Source: Candidatus Hydrogenedentota bacterium (GTDB lineage Bacteria; Hydrogenedentota; Hydrogenedentia; Hydrogenedentales; SLHB01). Taken from it: a stretch of 64,000 nucleotides of DNA. The notes beneath the pieces are model-generated. The model searched no databases and was not told the DNA's origin. It was given only the letters and a program-made list of their open reading frames with translations. The stretch lies in NCBI GenBank assembly GCA_963674865.2, contig CAXXYE010000009.1, forward strand, positions 736,001 through 800,000. Direction: 5' to 3'. Shown here one piece after another: positions 18,021 through 27,226 of the stretch (position 1 is the first letter of the stretch; each line of letters opens with the position of its first letter). Position numbers and translations under genes: made by a program.

Positions 18021-19280
18021 TCAGTATCTGCGGATGAGTCTTGCCAGCGCAGGATACATGCCCACTCTCTCGAACGCATACAGTACGCTTCGAGATGCAA
18101 GGACCTTCGCTTCAAACGCTCCTCCGCCCTTGGTGGGCGGATAGCCACCATCGAAGTCTGGCAATGCAAAGCCGAGGGCTCCGAAGAGCCGTCTGCGGGC
18201 GGCTTGACGCTGCCTTCTTGGACTGTAGGTTGTCTCGCTGCGACTCGTTGATCTCGTCTGTCGACACGTCCTTCCAGCATGAGCCGTTGTTTGCTCTGCA
18301 TCGATCTCACGACAACGGAGGCCTCGTCCGTGCGGGCCAGTATGATCGACCAGGGGTGTCCCGTATCAAGAAATCGCGAGAGCCACGCATCGCCACAAGA
18401 AAAGTCCGCCAACTCAGCGGTCGCGTCCACGCAGAGGCGGCAACGTCGGACCTTGATATAGCCGGTTCTCCTACCGTATTGAGGATATGGCAGTTCCACT
18501 ACAGCGCCCCGGCGATCCTCCATAACCATACTGCCGGGCTGGCCGCCGCCACGATAACGGAACCTCGTAACCTCTTGAGGCGACAGGCCATGGCGACGTA
18601 TTAGCGTATCTGTTTCACGGCAGTCGCGGAAACCTCCGCAAAAGTTCCCTATGACAAGCGGAAACCGTTGGCTCAGTTCGGGGCGACGTTCCTGCAGCAT
18701 TCGGAGCCCGGCGATCTGGCACGGTTGTTCCGACAAAAACGAATCGTTCGGATGTCCTCTCGGTGTCGAGAAGTGCCAATAGCGTCGCGGAAGGGCAGTA
18801 CTTCGAGCCTTGCGCTTCGAGCAGATCTTCACGACTCCGAGCCACATAGGCGGCGGGCCTTGGCCCCTGGGAGCCGTACTTCATTCCAGTCACAACCGCG
18901 CCGTCCACTCTCCCCGTCGCCATTAGAAAGCTGGCGATGGCCGTCATAACGCCACCGGAGGACGCACGTTCAAGGATGGCGTCATCCGTACTTCTGGCGG
19001 CCCACGCTTCGCGCCACGCCCCAAGCTCAACGTCTCTCGTGCCTCCTTCGCCCGCAAACCTGCGCGAAAGGCCGATGATGGGATAGCCCTTGCCAGGGCA
19101 TACGGCGAATTCCTCGCCTTTACCGTCGACGAGGTCAGTCTGGCGTATGCTTGGCAAGGCCATGCCTCGATCCGAATCATAGCGCATCTCGATGGCGCCG
19201 GGGGGCGCCGCCACGACGCACGCTCCACATGAGATGCAGAGCCCTTTCTTGACGACATCCTGTATGGAATCAACAGACAT
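18021..19280 (-). pseudogene. Coenzyme F420 hydrogenase beta-subunit (FrhB/FdhB) family Fe-S protein, interrupted by three +1 frameshifts (possible sequencing errors)
   Basis: CISCGAC, ASSGGVMT, QGSKY, GT|PCQIAGLR, IGNFCGG, FRYRG, CRLCVD...ADFSCGDAW; single extra bases at about 18725, 18272 and 18213; span 1260 nt, start and final TGA in the same frame. Confidence 0.85.
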
Positions 19281-19292
19281 CAGGTTCTCGCC

Positions 19293-20465
19293 TCAGCCAA
19301 CAGCCTGTTCCATCTCTTCCGCGATCGGCTCGAATCCTTTGTCGAAACTGAGCAATGACTCGAACGTCTGGATTGCTTTCTCTTGAAAGGCTGCATAATC
19401 CTGGGCGATTCGCTGTGTAGCTTCGAGCACGCCGGAAGTATCTTCCACGCAAACCCCCGCACCGTATTCCTCCACCCATCGCAGCCCCTCGAAGTCCCTA
19501 ACCACGCAAGGCACCCCGGACTTCAGAAAGGCGTTCACTTTGCCCGATGAAAAGCCGATGTAGCGTGCGTTTATGCCCTTGTCAGCGTAGAAGCCCAGTC
19601 CTACGGCCGCCGACGCCACCAGACTGTCAACTTGCGCATACGGGATTGGCTTATCCGACACATAAGTCTGCCCCTTATCATGACACGCCATGATCGTTCG
19701 CATGTAGGGCGTGGGATGTTCGGTGCGGAAATGGAACACCATGCGGTAGTCCTTCGGCCAATCCGCAGCTTCGCGTGCCAATTCCAAGGCGCCGTCGCCA
19801 GGACTCACAGCTCCCATCCAAAGGACAATCTTGGTGCCGGGCGGAAAACCGAATCGCTCGTGCATATGGGCGGATTGTGAGATTCGCGCCGCGCCGGCGC
19901 GGGAATTCGGCAAGTAGCGCATCGAATCCGTGGAAATTCTATTCACTTCGGACAGGAATCGCCCCCGTTGGGCGTCTTGCGTCACCGTGAACAAGGCCTT
20001 GCGATTGGCGCGGCGCTCGAGGCACTTCATCGTGTGTCCCAAGAGGTTCCCCATGAGCGAGTGACGCTCATTGCCGAACCAGATCTCATCGTTGTAGAAG
20101 ACACAAGGGATGTTGAGACGCCTTTGTATTGAGGCGGCGACAATGAGTCCCACCTGCGAAAGGCCGACGGTGAGGTCGGGACTTTCCTTCTTAGCCAGCT
20201 CATGGGCTTCCTTCCAGAATTGGACGTATTGCATGCCGCGTCGCACAGCGGCGTTGCGAAACAGAAAGGTCCGGACATTTGGATGCGTGCATTCGAAGGG
20301 AGGGGATGTGGCGTCGCTCACCAAAACGTCCACGCGATGGCCGCGTTCGGCAAATCCCGCGATCGACTCCATCACAAACGCCATGCTGGCAACATAAGGA
20401 AGGGGACAGAGGAACAGCAGGTGAAGCGGATCCTTCCTGTCAGTCCTTCGAGTGTCACTGTCCAT
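19293..20465 (-). CDS. Glycosyltransferase (GT-B fold, GT4-like)
   Basis: GHRVDVL N-terminus, SSGKVNAFLKSGVPCVV C-terminal motif; first gene of the cluster. Confidence 0.75.
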   Translation of the reverse strand: MDSDTRRTDRKDPLHLLFLCPLPYVASMAFVMESIAGFAERGHRVDVLVSDATSPPFECTHPNVRTFLFRNAAVRRGMQYVQFWKEAHELAKKESPDLTVGLSQVGLIVAASIQRRLNIPCVFYNDEIWFGNERHSLMGNLLGHTMKCLERRANRKALFTVTQDAQRGRFLSEVNRISTDSMRYLPNSRAGAARISQSAHMHERFGFPPGTKIVLWMGAVSPGDGALELAREAADWPKDYRMVFHFRTEHPTPYMRTIMACHDKGQTYVSDKPIPYAQVDSLVASAAVGLGFYADKGINARYIGFSSGKVNAFLKSGVPCVVRDFEGLRWVEEYGAGVCVEDTSGVLEATQRIAQDYAAFQEKAIQTFESLLSFDKGFEPIAEEMEQAVG

Positions 20466-20730
20466 AGGTACCTTTCACAAACGTCCCAGCGAAGAAGACA
20501 CCGCCTACGCGGCGAATGCTTTGGCCCGTTGCCGAGGAGATCATTCTCCCCGGAGCGATGCCGCTGGCTCCATGGCCACCGCTTGGACTACACCAAGAGT
20601 CCTGCAAAAAAACCTCTTCCGGCAGTCCGGCGAGAAGCGTACCACACGAACGGAGCAAATATGAACGTGCTCTTGGGGCAGCCTTCTAACTCCCGTGATC
20701 GATGGAGTTGACAGGCAGCGCGAAGATCCC

Positions 20731-21753
20731 TCAGGTGCTGCCGATTTCGAGCAGAGGGGCGATTTTGTCCTCGAGATCGACGCGGAGCGTAGCCAGCTTG
20801 ACGTCGTTCATGTTGAGGAACTTTGCCGAGGGGTGGCTTACCAGCGCTTGGTCCCCTTGGGTGATGCCAAAGCCCTCGTGACTGGCGATGGCCGTCGACA
20901 GGGATACGATGTGAACAAGGTGCAGCCAGGCATCATCCGGCACCGTGTCGATGTGGTCGTGGCAATAGGTAGTGACGCCGAACTCGGCAGGGAGGCCCCA
21001 GTGCTGGACAATGTGGAGTCCGATAAGGTTGTGATAGCCGGCGAAGACCTCTGTCAGGAGTTGGGGTGAGCCGGACAAGTCTGCAAGGGGTCCTTCTTTG
21101 CAATCGGCGGCGCAGAGGATGGCTGCTTTGCCGACATCGTGGACGAGGCCGGCAACGAAGAGCGCCTCGGGCGCCGTTTCGGCAAGTTCAACGGCGATCT
21201 CGAAGGCGCAATGCGCCGTGGCGACGGCGTGGCGCCAGAGTCCGTGGGCCACTTCGGCCAAGGCGGGAGCGTCGATGGTGTGCAGGTTAGCTATGGCCAC
21301 GGCCTGAACGGTGTTGGCGACTTGGCGCATGCCTAACCTAGCGCAAGCCGCGCGGAGGTCCTTGATCTCCGTCAATCCGCCGTAGGCGACGGAGTTGGCC
21401 ACTTGGAGCACTTTCAGCGCGATGACTTGATCCTGGTTGACGACTTCGGCGACGTCCTCCATGGAGGATTCCGGGTCGCGAACTACTTCCAGCACTCGAT
21501 GAGCAATCTCCGGGAGCACGGGCAGGCGTTCGACAATTTCAGGGAAAAGGCGCAACAACTCGCCGCCGATGGAGCCTTCGTGCGCCGTCTGGCGTACGTC
21601 CGGCACACCTTTGAGGGGGTGGGTTTGAGAAGAGGCGCCGTCGGATTGCAGGGCGAATGCGTTCATACACTGCCCGCAGCCGATAAGGACGGCGCGGTCG
21701 TCCGGTCTTGGTTCAACGCCGGGTGCTTGCGAACAGAAGGGACACACGAGCAT
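20731..21753 (-). CDS. HDOD domain protein with N-terminal Zn ribbon
   Basis: LPVLPEIA, DQ.IA.KVL.VANS..YG, A.ARLG, LFVAGLVHDVGK, HWGLP; CPFC...CGQC. Confidence 0.88.
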   Translation of the reverse strand: MLVCPFCSQAPGVEPRPDDRAVLIGCGQCMNAFALQSDGASSQTHPLKGVPDVRQTAHEGSIGGELLRLFPEIVERLPVLPEIAHRVLEVVRDPESSMEDVAEVVNQDQVIALKVLQVANSVAYGGLTEIKDLRAACARLGMRQVANTVQAVAIANLHTIDAPALAEVAHGLWRHAVATAHCAFEIAVELAETAPEALFVAGLVHDVGKAAILCAADCKEGPLADLSGSPQLLTEVFAGYHNLIGLHIVQHWGLPAEFGVTTYCHDHIDTVPDDAWLHLVHIVSLSTAIASHEGFGITQGDQALVSHPSAKFLNMNDVKLATLRVDLEDKIAPLLEIGST

Positions 21754-21770
21754 ACGGTAAAGGCTCCTTG

Positions 21771-23654
21771 TTACTTGGTCAGCACAAGAATCTGGCGCAA
21801 GGGGCGGGTCGCGAAGGTGCGCGGCGTCTGCCGGATCACTTCCTCAAAGGTTGTCAGGCCGCGCACGGCTTTGGCGATGCCATCCTCGCGCATCGCTACG
21901 AGCCCCGTGCTCTCGACACAAATCTGGCGGATGACGTGAGCTGTCTTCTTCTGGAGGATGGCCTCTTTGACGTCCTCATTGAGGATGAGTAGTTCGTAGG
22001 TGGCGACGCGGCCGAAATAGCCGGTGTAGTTGCAGTGTTTGCAGCCGCGCCCTTTCTTGAACTCGAACTCGCGGACCTCATTGACTTGGAGTCCGAGGCG
22101 GTCGAGCTCGAGTGGGGTCGGTATGTACGGCGCGGCGCAATGTTCGCAGATGCGTCGTAAGAGCCGCTGCGCCAAGACGGAAATTACGGTGGACGAAATG
22201 AGGAATGTCTCGATGTCCATGTCGATCAGGCGCAGCAGGCCGCCGATCGTGTCCTCGGTGTGGAATGTCGAGTAGACCTTGTGTCCCGTTAGGGCGGCCT
22301 GAATGGCCGTCTCAGCGGTGATGTGGTCGCGGATTTCGCCGAGGACGACAATATCTGGATCCTGGCGCACCATCTCGCGGAGGGTGCTCTCGAAGTCCCT
22401 GCCGATCTTGGTGTATATCGAGCATTGGATAAGTCCATCGATCAGGTACTCGACGGGATCCTCGGCCGTAATGATCTTTATGTCGATGGAGTTGCAATAG
22501 TTCAGGGACGAGTAGAGCGTCGTGGTTTTTCCGGAACCGGTGGGGCCGGTGATGAGGACGACGCCCGTCGGCGCATCAAGCACCTCGATCCGAAATCGCT
22601 CGAGCATGGCTGGATTCATGCCGAGTTCTTCGAGGTCGATCAGTCCGGTCTGCTTATTGAGAATGCGCAGCACGATGCACTCGCCGTGAACCGTCACGTA
22701 GACTGAGAGCCGGAGGTCGTAATCGCGCCCATTGAGGGTGTAAAGGATGCGCCCTCCCTGGTGGCGTCGGTTCTCTGAGATATTGCACTCCGCAAGGATC
22801 TTGATTCGCGAGCTGATGCGGGGCAGGAGGTCCTTGGGCAGGTCCGTCCTGTACACAAGCATGCCGTCGATGCGATAGCGCAGCCGCACGACGTCGGACA
22901 TGGGCTCCACGTGGATGTCGCTGGCGCGCTCCTCGATCGCCGAGGAGATCACGTGGTCAATGAGTTGGACAATAGAGTCTTCCTCTTCCTCGACGGCGCC
23001 TTCGCCGGCCTCCTCGCGGGGTTTTGTGCGAAACTGCCGAAAGTCTTCAATGGCTTCCTGTATGGTGTCTAGAGGACCAAGGGCCAGTTGCGCATTTCCC
23101 GCAAAGAGTTCGTTGACGGCTTGAATACATGCCTGATCCTGAAGGTCGGCGACTACGACAGTGACACATCCTTCTTCGTTCTTGCTGAAGGGAATGAAGT
23201 TGTTCCGCTGCAGATAGTCGGGCGACACGCGGCCGAGGACCGTGCTGTCGATCATGCCAAAGATAGGTTCCATGTAAGGGACCTGGGCCTGGTGGGCAAG
23301 GCTCTGCAAGAGGACACGTTCGCTGATGGCGCCCAGCTCGATAAGGGCGCGGCCGAGCTTGATGCCTTGGTCCTTCTGGATGTGAAGAGCCTGGCTGAGG
23401 GCATCGGGTGTGATGAGGCCTTGCTCGACGAGTATGTCGCCAAGCCGCATGCCTGAGCCGTGTTTCTTGATGGTTTCCGACACGGCTTGCTTCGTGGTGT
23501 AGCCCAGTTCGATCAGGACTTCACCGAGGGGCTTGGGCTGTTCGAGGCGTTGCTGAATTCGAACGGCGCGTTCGAGTTGCTCCCTGGTTAATACTCCGTC
23601 CTTGACGAGGGCGTCGCCGACTGGTGTGGACTTTTCCTTAGGCTCTTGCGGCAT
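21771..23654 (-). CDS. PilB/GspE-family assembly ATPase with tandem MshEN repeats
   Basis: ASDIHVEP, RIDG, Walker A GPTGSGKTT, TAEDPVE, RQDPD...GEIRD, His box, CEHC...CKHC. Confidence 0.93.
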   Translation of the reverse strand: MPQEPKEKSTPVGDALVKDGVLTREQLERAVRIQQRLEQPKPLGEVLIELGYTTKQAVSETIKKHGSGMRLGDILVEQGLITPDALSQALHIQKDQGIKLGRALIELGAISERVLLQSLAHQAQVPYMEPIFGMIDSTVLGRVSPDYLQRNNFIPFSKNEEGCVTVVVADLQDQACIQAVNELFAGNAQLALGPLDTIQEAIEDFRQFRTKPREEAGEGAVEEEEDSIVQLIDHVISSAIEERASDIHVEPMSDVVRLRYRIDGMLVYRTDLPKDLLPRISSRIKILAECNISENRRHQGGRILYTLNGRDYDLRLSVYVTVHGECIVLRILNKQTGLIDLEELGMNPAMLERFRIEVLDAPTGVVLITGPTGSGKTTTLYSSLNYCNSIDIKIITAEDPVEYLIDGLIQCSIYTKIGRDFESTLREMVRQDPDIVVLGEIRDHITAETAIQAALTGHKVYSTFHTEDTIGGLLRLIDMDIETFLISSTVISVLAQRLLRRICEHCAAPYIPTPLELDRLGLQVNEVREFEFKKGRGCKHCNYTGYFGRVATYELLILNEDVKEAILQKKTAHVIRQICVESTGLVAMREDGIAKAVRGLTTFEEVIRQTPRTFATRPLRQILVLTK

Positions 23655-23751
23655 GTTCGCTCCCACCTCCAGGGACTCTCCTTCCCCGCTAACGATGCAA
23701 GGGCATTATGCCCAATCGCCCTCAGTGACGCAACCGAATCCGAGGGAGAAA

Positions 23752-26451
23752 TCAGCGGAGCGTGCGGCCGATGGCCTCGATGACGCGGGCGATCTCCTCA
23801 CGTTTGGCGGATAGCCCAGTCGGCACGCGCGGGAAGCTGACGAGATCCGGGCACACGGCCTGGATGTTCATGGCGGATTCTGCGCGTTCTACGAGGACTT
23901 CTCGGCCACCGCGCTCTTTGAGCCTACGGAGGCGATCGGACAGCACCACGAGGTAGTCGTAGTCCTCGATGCCGTCGCGGATGGCCTCCCAGCGGATGGA
24001 GTCGACGGGGCCGCCCGGGCCTGGGTAGACGAGGGAGCCATTGCCGTTGGCGGGAGTCTGATCGAGTTGGCTCAACCACGGGTCGCGTCCGGGCTCGATA
24101 TGGGTTGTATCCCAGTAGTGGAATCCCTTGATGCCGAGTGCCCAGGCCTGCCAGAAGAGGATGCGATGCTCGATGGCGGTGAAATCGATGAAGAAGTTGC
24201 CGTAGGGCCTGGGCGGGGCGTGGTTAACGTAGCACCAGACCTCGCCGCCATTAGCGATGCGCTCAAGGATGGTCTTATTGTTCAGCGTATCGAATACCTG
24301 TAGATGGACATTCCAGATGTCGAGGGCGTCGGGCAGGAAGGGTTGGAGGCCGAAGGTAGACACCATGATGGGCACATGGGGGGCGTTGTCGCGCCAACTC
24401 TGCATGCTTTCGAAGAGCCGCGGCCAGGCCGGTGGAAGCGGCTCGGCGCTGAACGGACAGAACGCTTGCTCTTGCAGGCCGTTTTCGACGACGAAAGTGT
24501 CGGCGAGGCGTAGTTGCTCCGGTACGTCGAGGAGGGAAGGCGGCACCGCGAAGGTGGTGGCTCCTTGGGGGCGGGCCGCGTCGAGCGTTGGGGCAAATCG
24601 ATTGAGGCTCGTCGGATAATCGGCGCTCTCGGCGGGCAAGCTGGTGAGTTGGCGGAGGGTAACGCGGTGGCGAAGGGCGTCGGCGAGGTAGGCCGATGCC
24701 AAGGCGTCGCGCGAATCCGAGAAGCCCGCTTTCTTGCACGCCTGGTAGGCGTCGTCGATTGAGATGCCGAAGTCTGTCTTGAGTGCGGGCGTGATCGGGA
24801 GATCGAAGTCATAAACGGTGGCTTCCAGCCACAGCTCCACGGGATCGCGGCCGGAGGCGCTCAGATCGATGACGCCGAGATAGGTGCCCGGGGGCGTGCC
24901 GGGCGGGGCGTATACCGTTAGCCAAACGGCGCTGCACATGCCGCCGGGGGCGGTAAAGGGTTTGTGGGCGGGAAGCGCGTCGGGCCAGAGTCCGGTAGCG
25001 CTTTCGAAATGGGTGGGGACGCGTATCGCGTGCCAGGCCACGTTGGATATGGTGATGTTGCCGGCGGGGATGACGGCGCCGGAATTCGCGGCGACGAGGT
25101 CACGGACGCGGATTGTCACGTTGTCCAAGTCTTCCTCGTCGGGCGGGCGAAGGACGAGCTGGAAGGACTCGCGTTCTCCCCGCGCGAGGGCGATGCGGGC
25201 GGTGGATTCGACCTTACCTGTAGGTTCGGGCACATCCTCGCGAAAGATCTTGTTGAGGGGGCTTTCAAACCAAAGCGCGAGGCCATCTGCCAGGGCCAAG
25301 TCGCGGGGGAGCGTCCTGCCGCCGTGATCCAGTGCGTGGGGAGCGTCGCTCCACGCGGGCATGGCGGCGCCTTCCGAGGAGCGCACGACAAACTGCGTGT
25401 CGACGCCCCCGTGGGGGGAGCCTGTGTCCAGGCCGAGGGGGAGGATTCTTCCGTTCTGCTTCAGTTGAGCCAAGAATTCGTAGGCTCCTTCTCGCGGTGC
25501 AGCCCATTCATAGGTGCATCGGATGGGCCGGCCGGGGTTGAGGTCGGCGCGTTTTCCTACGAGCGGCCAGGCCTGGCCGGAGGCGTCGCGCACGGTGGCG
25601 TGGATCTCGACGCCCGGCATGGGGCGCACCGCCGCCATCAGCACTTCGAGCCGGCCGGGCTGGTAGTCAATCTGAGCAGCGAGTTCGTCGGAGGCGAAAT
25701 CGACATGGCTGAGGCCGCGCACCGCGTTCAGGCGGTAGGCGGTCTCCCAGGTCGCGCCGGGCTCCATGACGCGCGGCACGAAGGCACAGCGGAAGCCGCT
25801 GGCTTCGTTTTCACTGCCATTGAAGGCCAGGAAGGCATACGTATCATCCGCGTGGGACACGACATAGACGGTTTCTCTAGCGGCGGGGTCGGTGACGGCG
25901 GCCCAGTTGCGTGAGGCGGCGTAGTACGCCGTGTGCGCCGGGGCAAGTACACCGTCTAGGGTCGGGATATCGATCCGATCGCGTTGGTCGAGTACACCGC
26001 CGGGAGCCGCCTCGTTCTGGATCCATGGGGCGACCCACTGCCGCTCATTTCCGCGGTTTTCCACCTTCCAGTGGACTCTGATGGATGCCTCTTCGGGTAG
26101 TGGCTCGATGATGCGCGTCACGTGGAGGCCCTTGATGTTGGGGCCGTCGCAGTCGTAGCTGTGCCTGAACACGGGTTGGTCGGTGCGTTCCTGAAGGATC
26201 TCGGTCTGCTCGTTGAGGCGGCGGTTGGGCACGTAGAAGCTGCCAACGCCGAATCCTTCCTGAAGCAGCCCGTCACCGGAGGCGAGATTGTGGTCCACGC
26301 CGGGGAAGCTCAACTCGGTAGCGACGCCGCCCCGCGCGGGCTCGTACACGAGTTTGAGGAAGGTCCCTTCGATAACGATGTGCTGGTCCGTGACAAGTGA
26401 TTCCGAGGGCTGGGCAGCCGCCCAGAGGGTGAGCAAGAGCAGGAATGACAT
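23752..26451 (-). CDS. Secreted GH123-like / DUF4091 domain protein
   Basis: Signal peptide MSFLLLLTLWAAA; ARGERESFQLV, WPDAL, VWLTVYAP..TPPG.Y, G.LVYPG..GPV.SIRWEAIRDGIEDYDYL. Confidence 0.8.
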   Translation of the reverse strand: MSFLLLLTLWAAAQPSESLVTDQHIVIEGTFLKLVYEPARGGVATELSFPGVDHNLASGDGLLQEGFGVGSFYVPNRRLNEQTEILQERTDQPVFRHSYDCDGPNIKGLHVTRIIEPLPEEASIRVHWKVENRGNERQWVAPWIQNEAAPGGVLDQRDRIDIPTLDGVLAPAHTAYYAASRNWAAVTDPAARETVYVVSHADDTYAFLAFNGSENEASGFRCAFVPRVMEPGATWETAYRLNAVRGLSHVDFASDELAAQIDYQPGRLEVLMAAVRPMPGVEIHATVRDASGQAWPLVGKRADLNPGRPIRCTYEWAAPREGAYEFLAQLKQNGRILPLGLDTGSPHGGVDTQFVVRSSEGAAMPAWSDAPHALDHGGRTLPRDLALADGLALWFESPLNKIFREDVPEPTGKVESTARIALARGERESFQLVLRPPDEEDLDNVTIRVRDLVAANSGAVIPAGNITISNVAWHAIRVPTHFESATGLWPDALPAHKPFTAPGGMCSAVWLTVYAPPGTPPGTYLGVIDLSASGRDPVELWLEATVYDFDLPITPALKTDFGISIDDAYQACKKAGFSDSRDALASAYLADALRHRVTLRQLTSLPAESADYPTSLNRFAPTLDAARPQGATTFAVPPSLLDVPEQLRLADTFVVENGLQEQAFCPFSAEPLPPAWPRLFESMQSWRDNAPHVPIMVSTFGLQPFLPDALDIWNVHLQVFDTLNNKTILERIANGGEVWCYVNHAPPRPYGNFFIDFTAIEHRILFWQAWALGIKGFHYWDTTHIEPGRDPWLSQLDQTPANGNGSLVYPGPGGPVDSIRWEAIRDGIEDYDYLVVLSDRLRRLKERGGREVLVERAESAMNIQAVCPDLVSFPRVPTGLSAKREEIARVIEAIGRTLR

Positions 26452-26603
26452 TGACTCTATCTCCGCAGTGGTCGCTTGGGGGGCATCATACACGACTATG
26501 CGCCGGCGGGGCACGTACGTTCGGCCAGTTTGATGCACGAAAACCGGAGGGGCGTGCGTCTATACGGACACATGTGTTTATGCTGGACAAGGGGGGATCT
26601 TAT

Positions 26604-27116
26604 ATGGTTCATGTAGGTATCACCGGTGTCTTGTCTGATAGGACTCGGATTCTCGAATGGGCGCATGCACTCCCGCAAGACAGGTTGTGGTTTGAGCCTC
26701 ACACGGAGGACAGCGATGTGCATATCGAGATTGTCTCTGATCGCGGAAGCGAGCTATTCATGCTTGCGCCCGATAAGGGGGTGCATGTTTCCGACTGGCA
26801 GAGCCAGGGCATTTGCCTGTACTCGGGAATCGAGCCCGAAGTGTATCTCTTGCTGTACAGCATGCTTGGCCTGATCCAGTGGTGGGCCCTCGAGCCTAAT
26901 CCGCATCTTATCCCCGAAGATTTCTTTCATCCCGCGGGGCCGAACTCCCTGCTTGCGCGGCAGGAGTATAAGCAGGATTATGCCCTCATCCTTGAATCTC
27001 CCAGTGTCTGCTCGGGCTGCCTGGAGTTCTACCGGTGTTTGGGGGCGGAATTGGAGGTGCACGCCTTACAGTGCGTCATTGATTTCATCACGATGTGCAG
27101 GCGTACGCCAAGGTAG
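26604..27116 (+). CDS. Hypothetical protein (C-terminal H...CxxC, possibly a degenerate zincin-like domain)
   Basis: Fills the gap between divergent genes; RBS AAGGGGGG before ATG 26604; protein-like composition. Confidence 0.6.
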   Translation: MVHVGITGVLSDRTRILEWAHALPQDRLWFEPHTEDSDVHIEIVSDRGSELFMLAPDKGVHVSDWQSQGICLYSGIEPEVYLLLYSMLGLIQWWALEPNPHLIPEDFFHPAGPNSLLARQEYKQDYALILESPSVCSGCLEFYRCLGAELEVHALQCVIDFITMCRRTPR

Positions 27117-27226
27117 GCAATCTTCAAGACAGCCTGGACGATTCGAAAAAGCCGCTTGTGCCGTGCTATCTTCACGCCGTTTCTTCCACGGGGCGGGCTT
27201 CCCCCGCCAGTAGAAAGGAGCCGATA

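Noticed and set aside
20466..20730. ops/JUMPstart element upstream of the glycan cluster
   Set aside because: Only GGCGGTGT was found, not GGCGGTAG, and no JUMPstart stem
23695..23715. GGGCATAATGCCC-TTGCA upstream of pilB as a sigma54 promoter
   Set aside because: Spacing too long; a sigma70-like TTGCGT-17-CATAAT explains the region better
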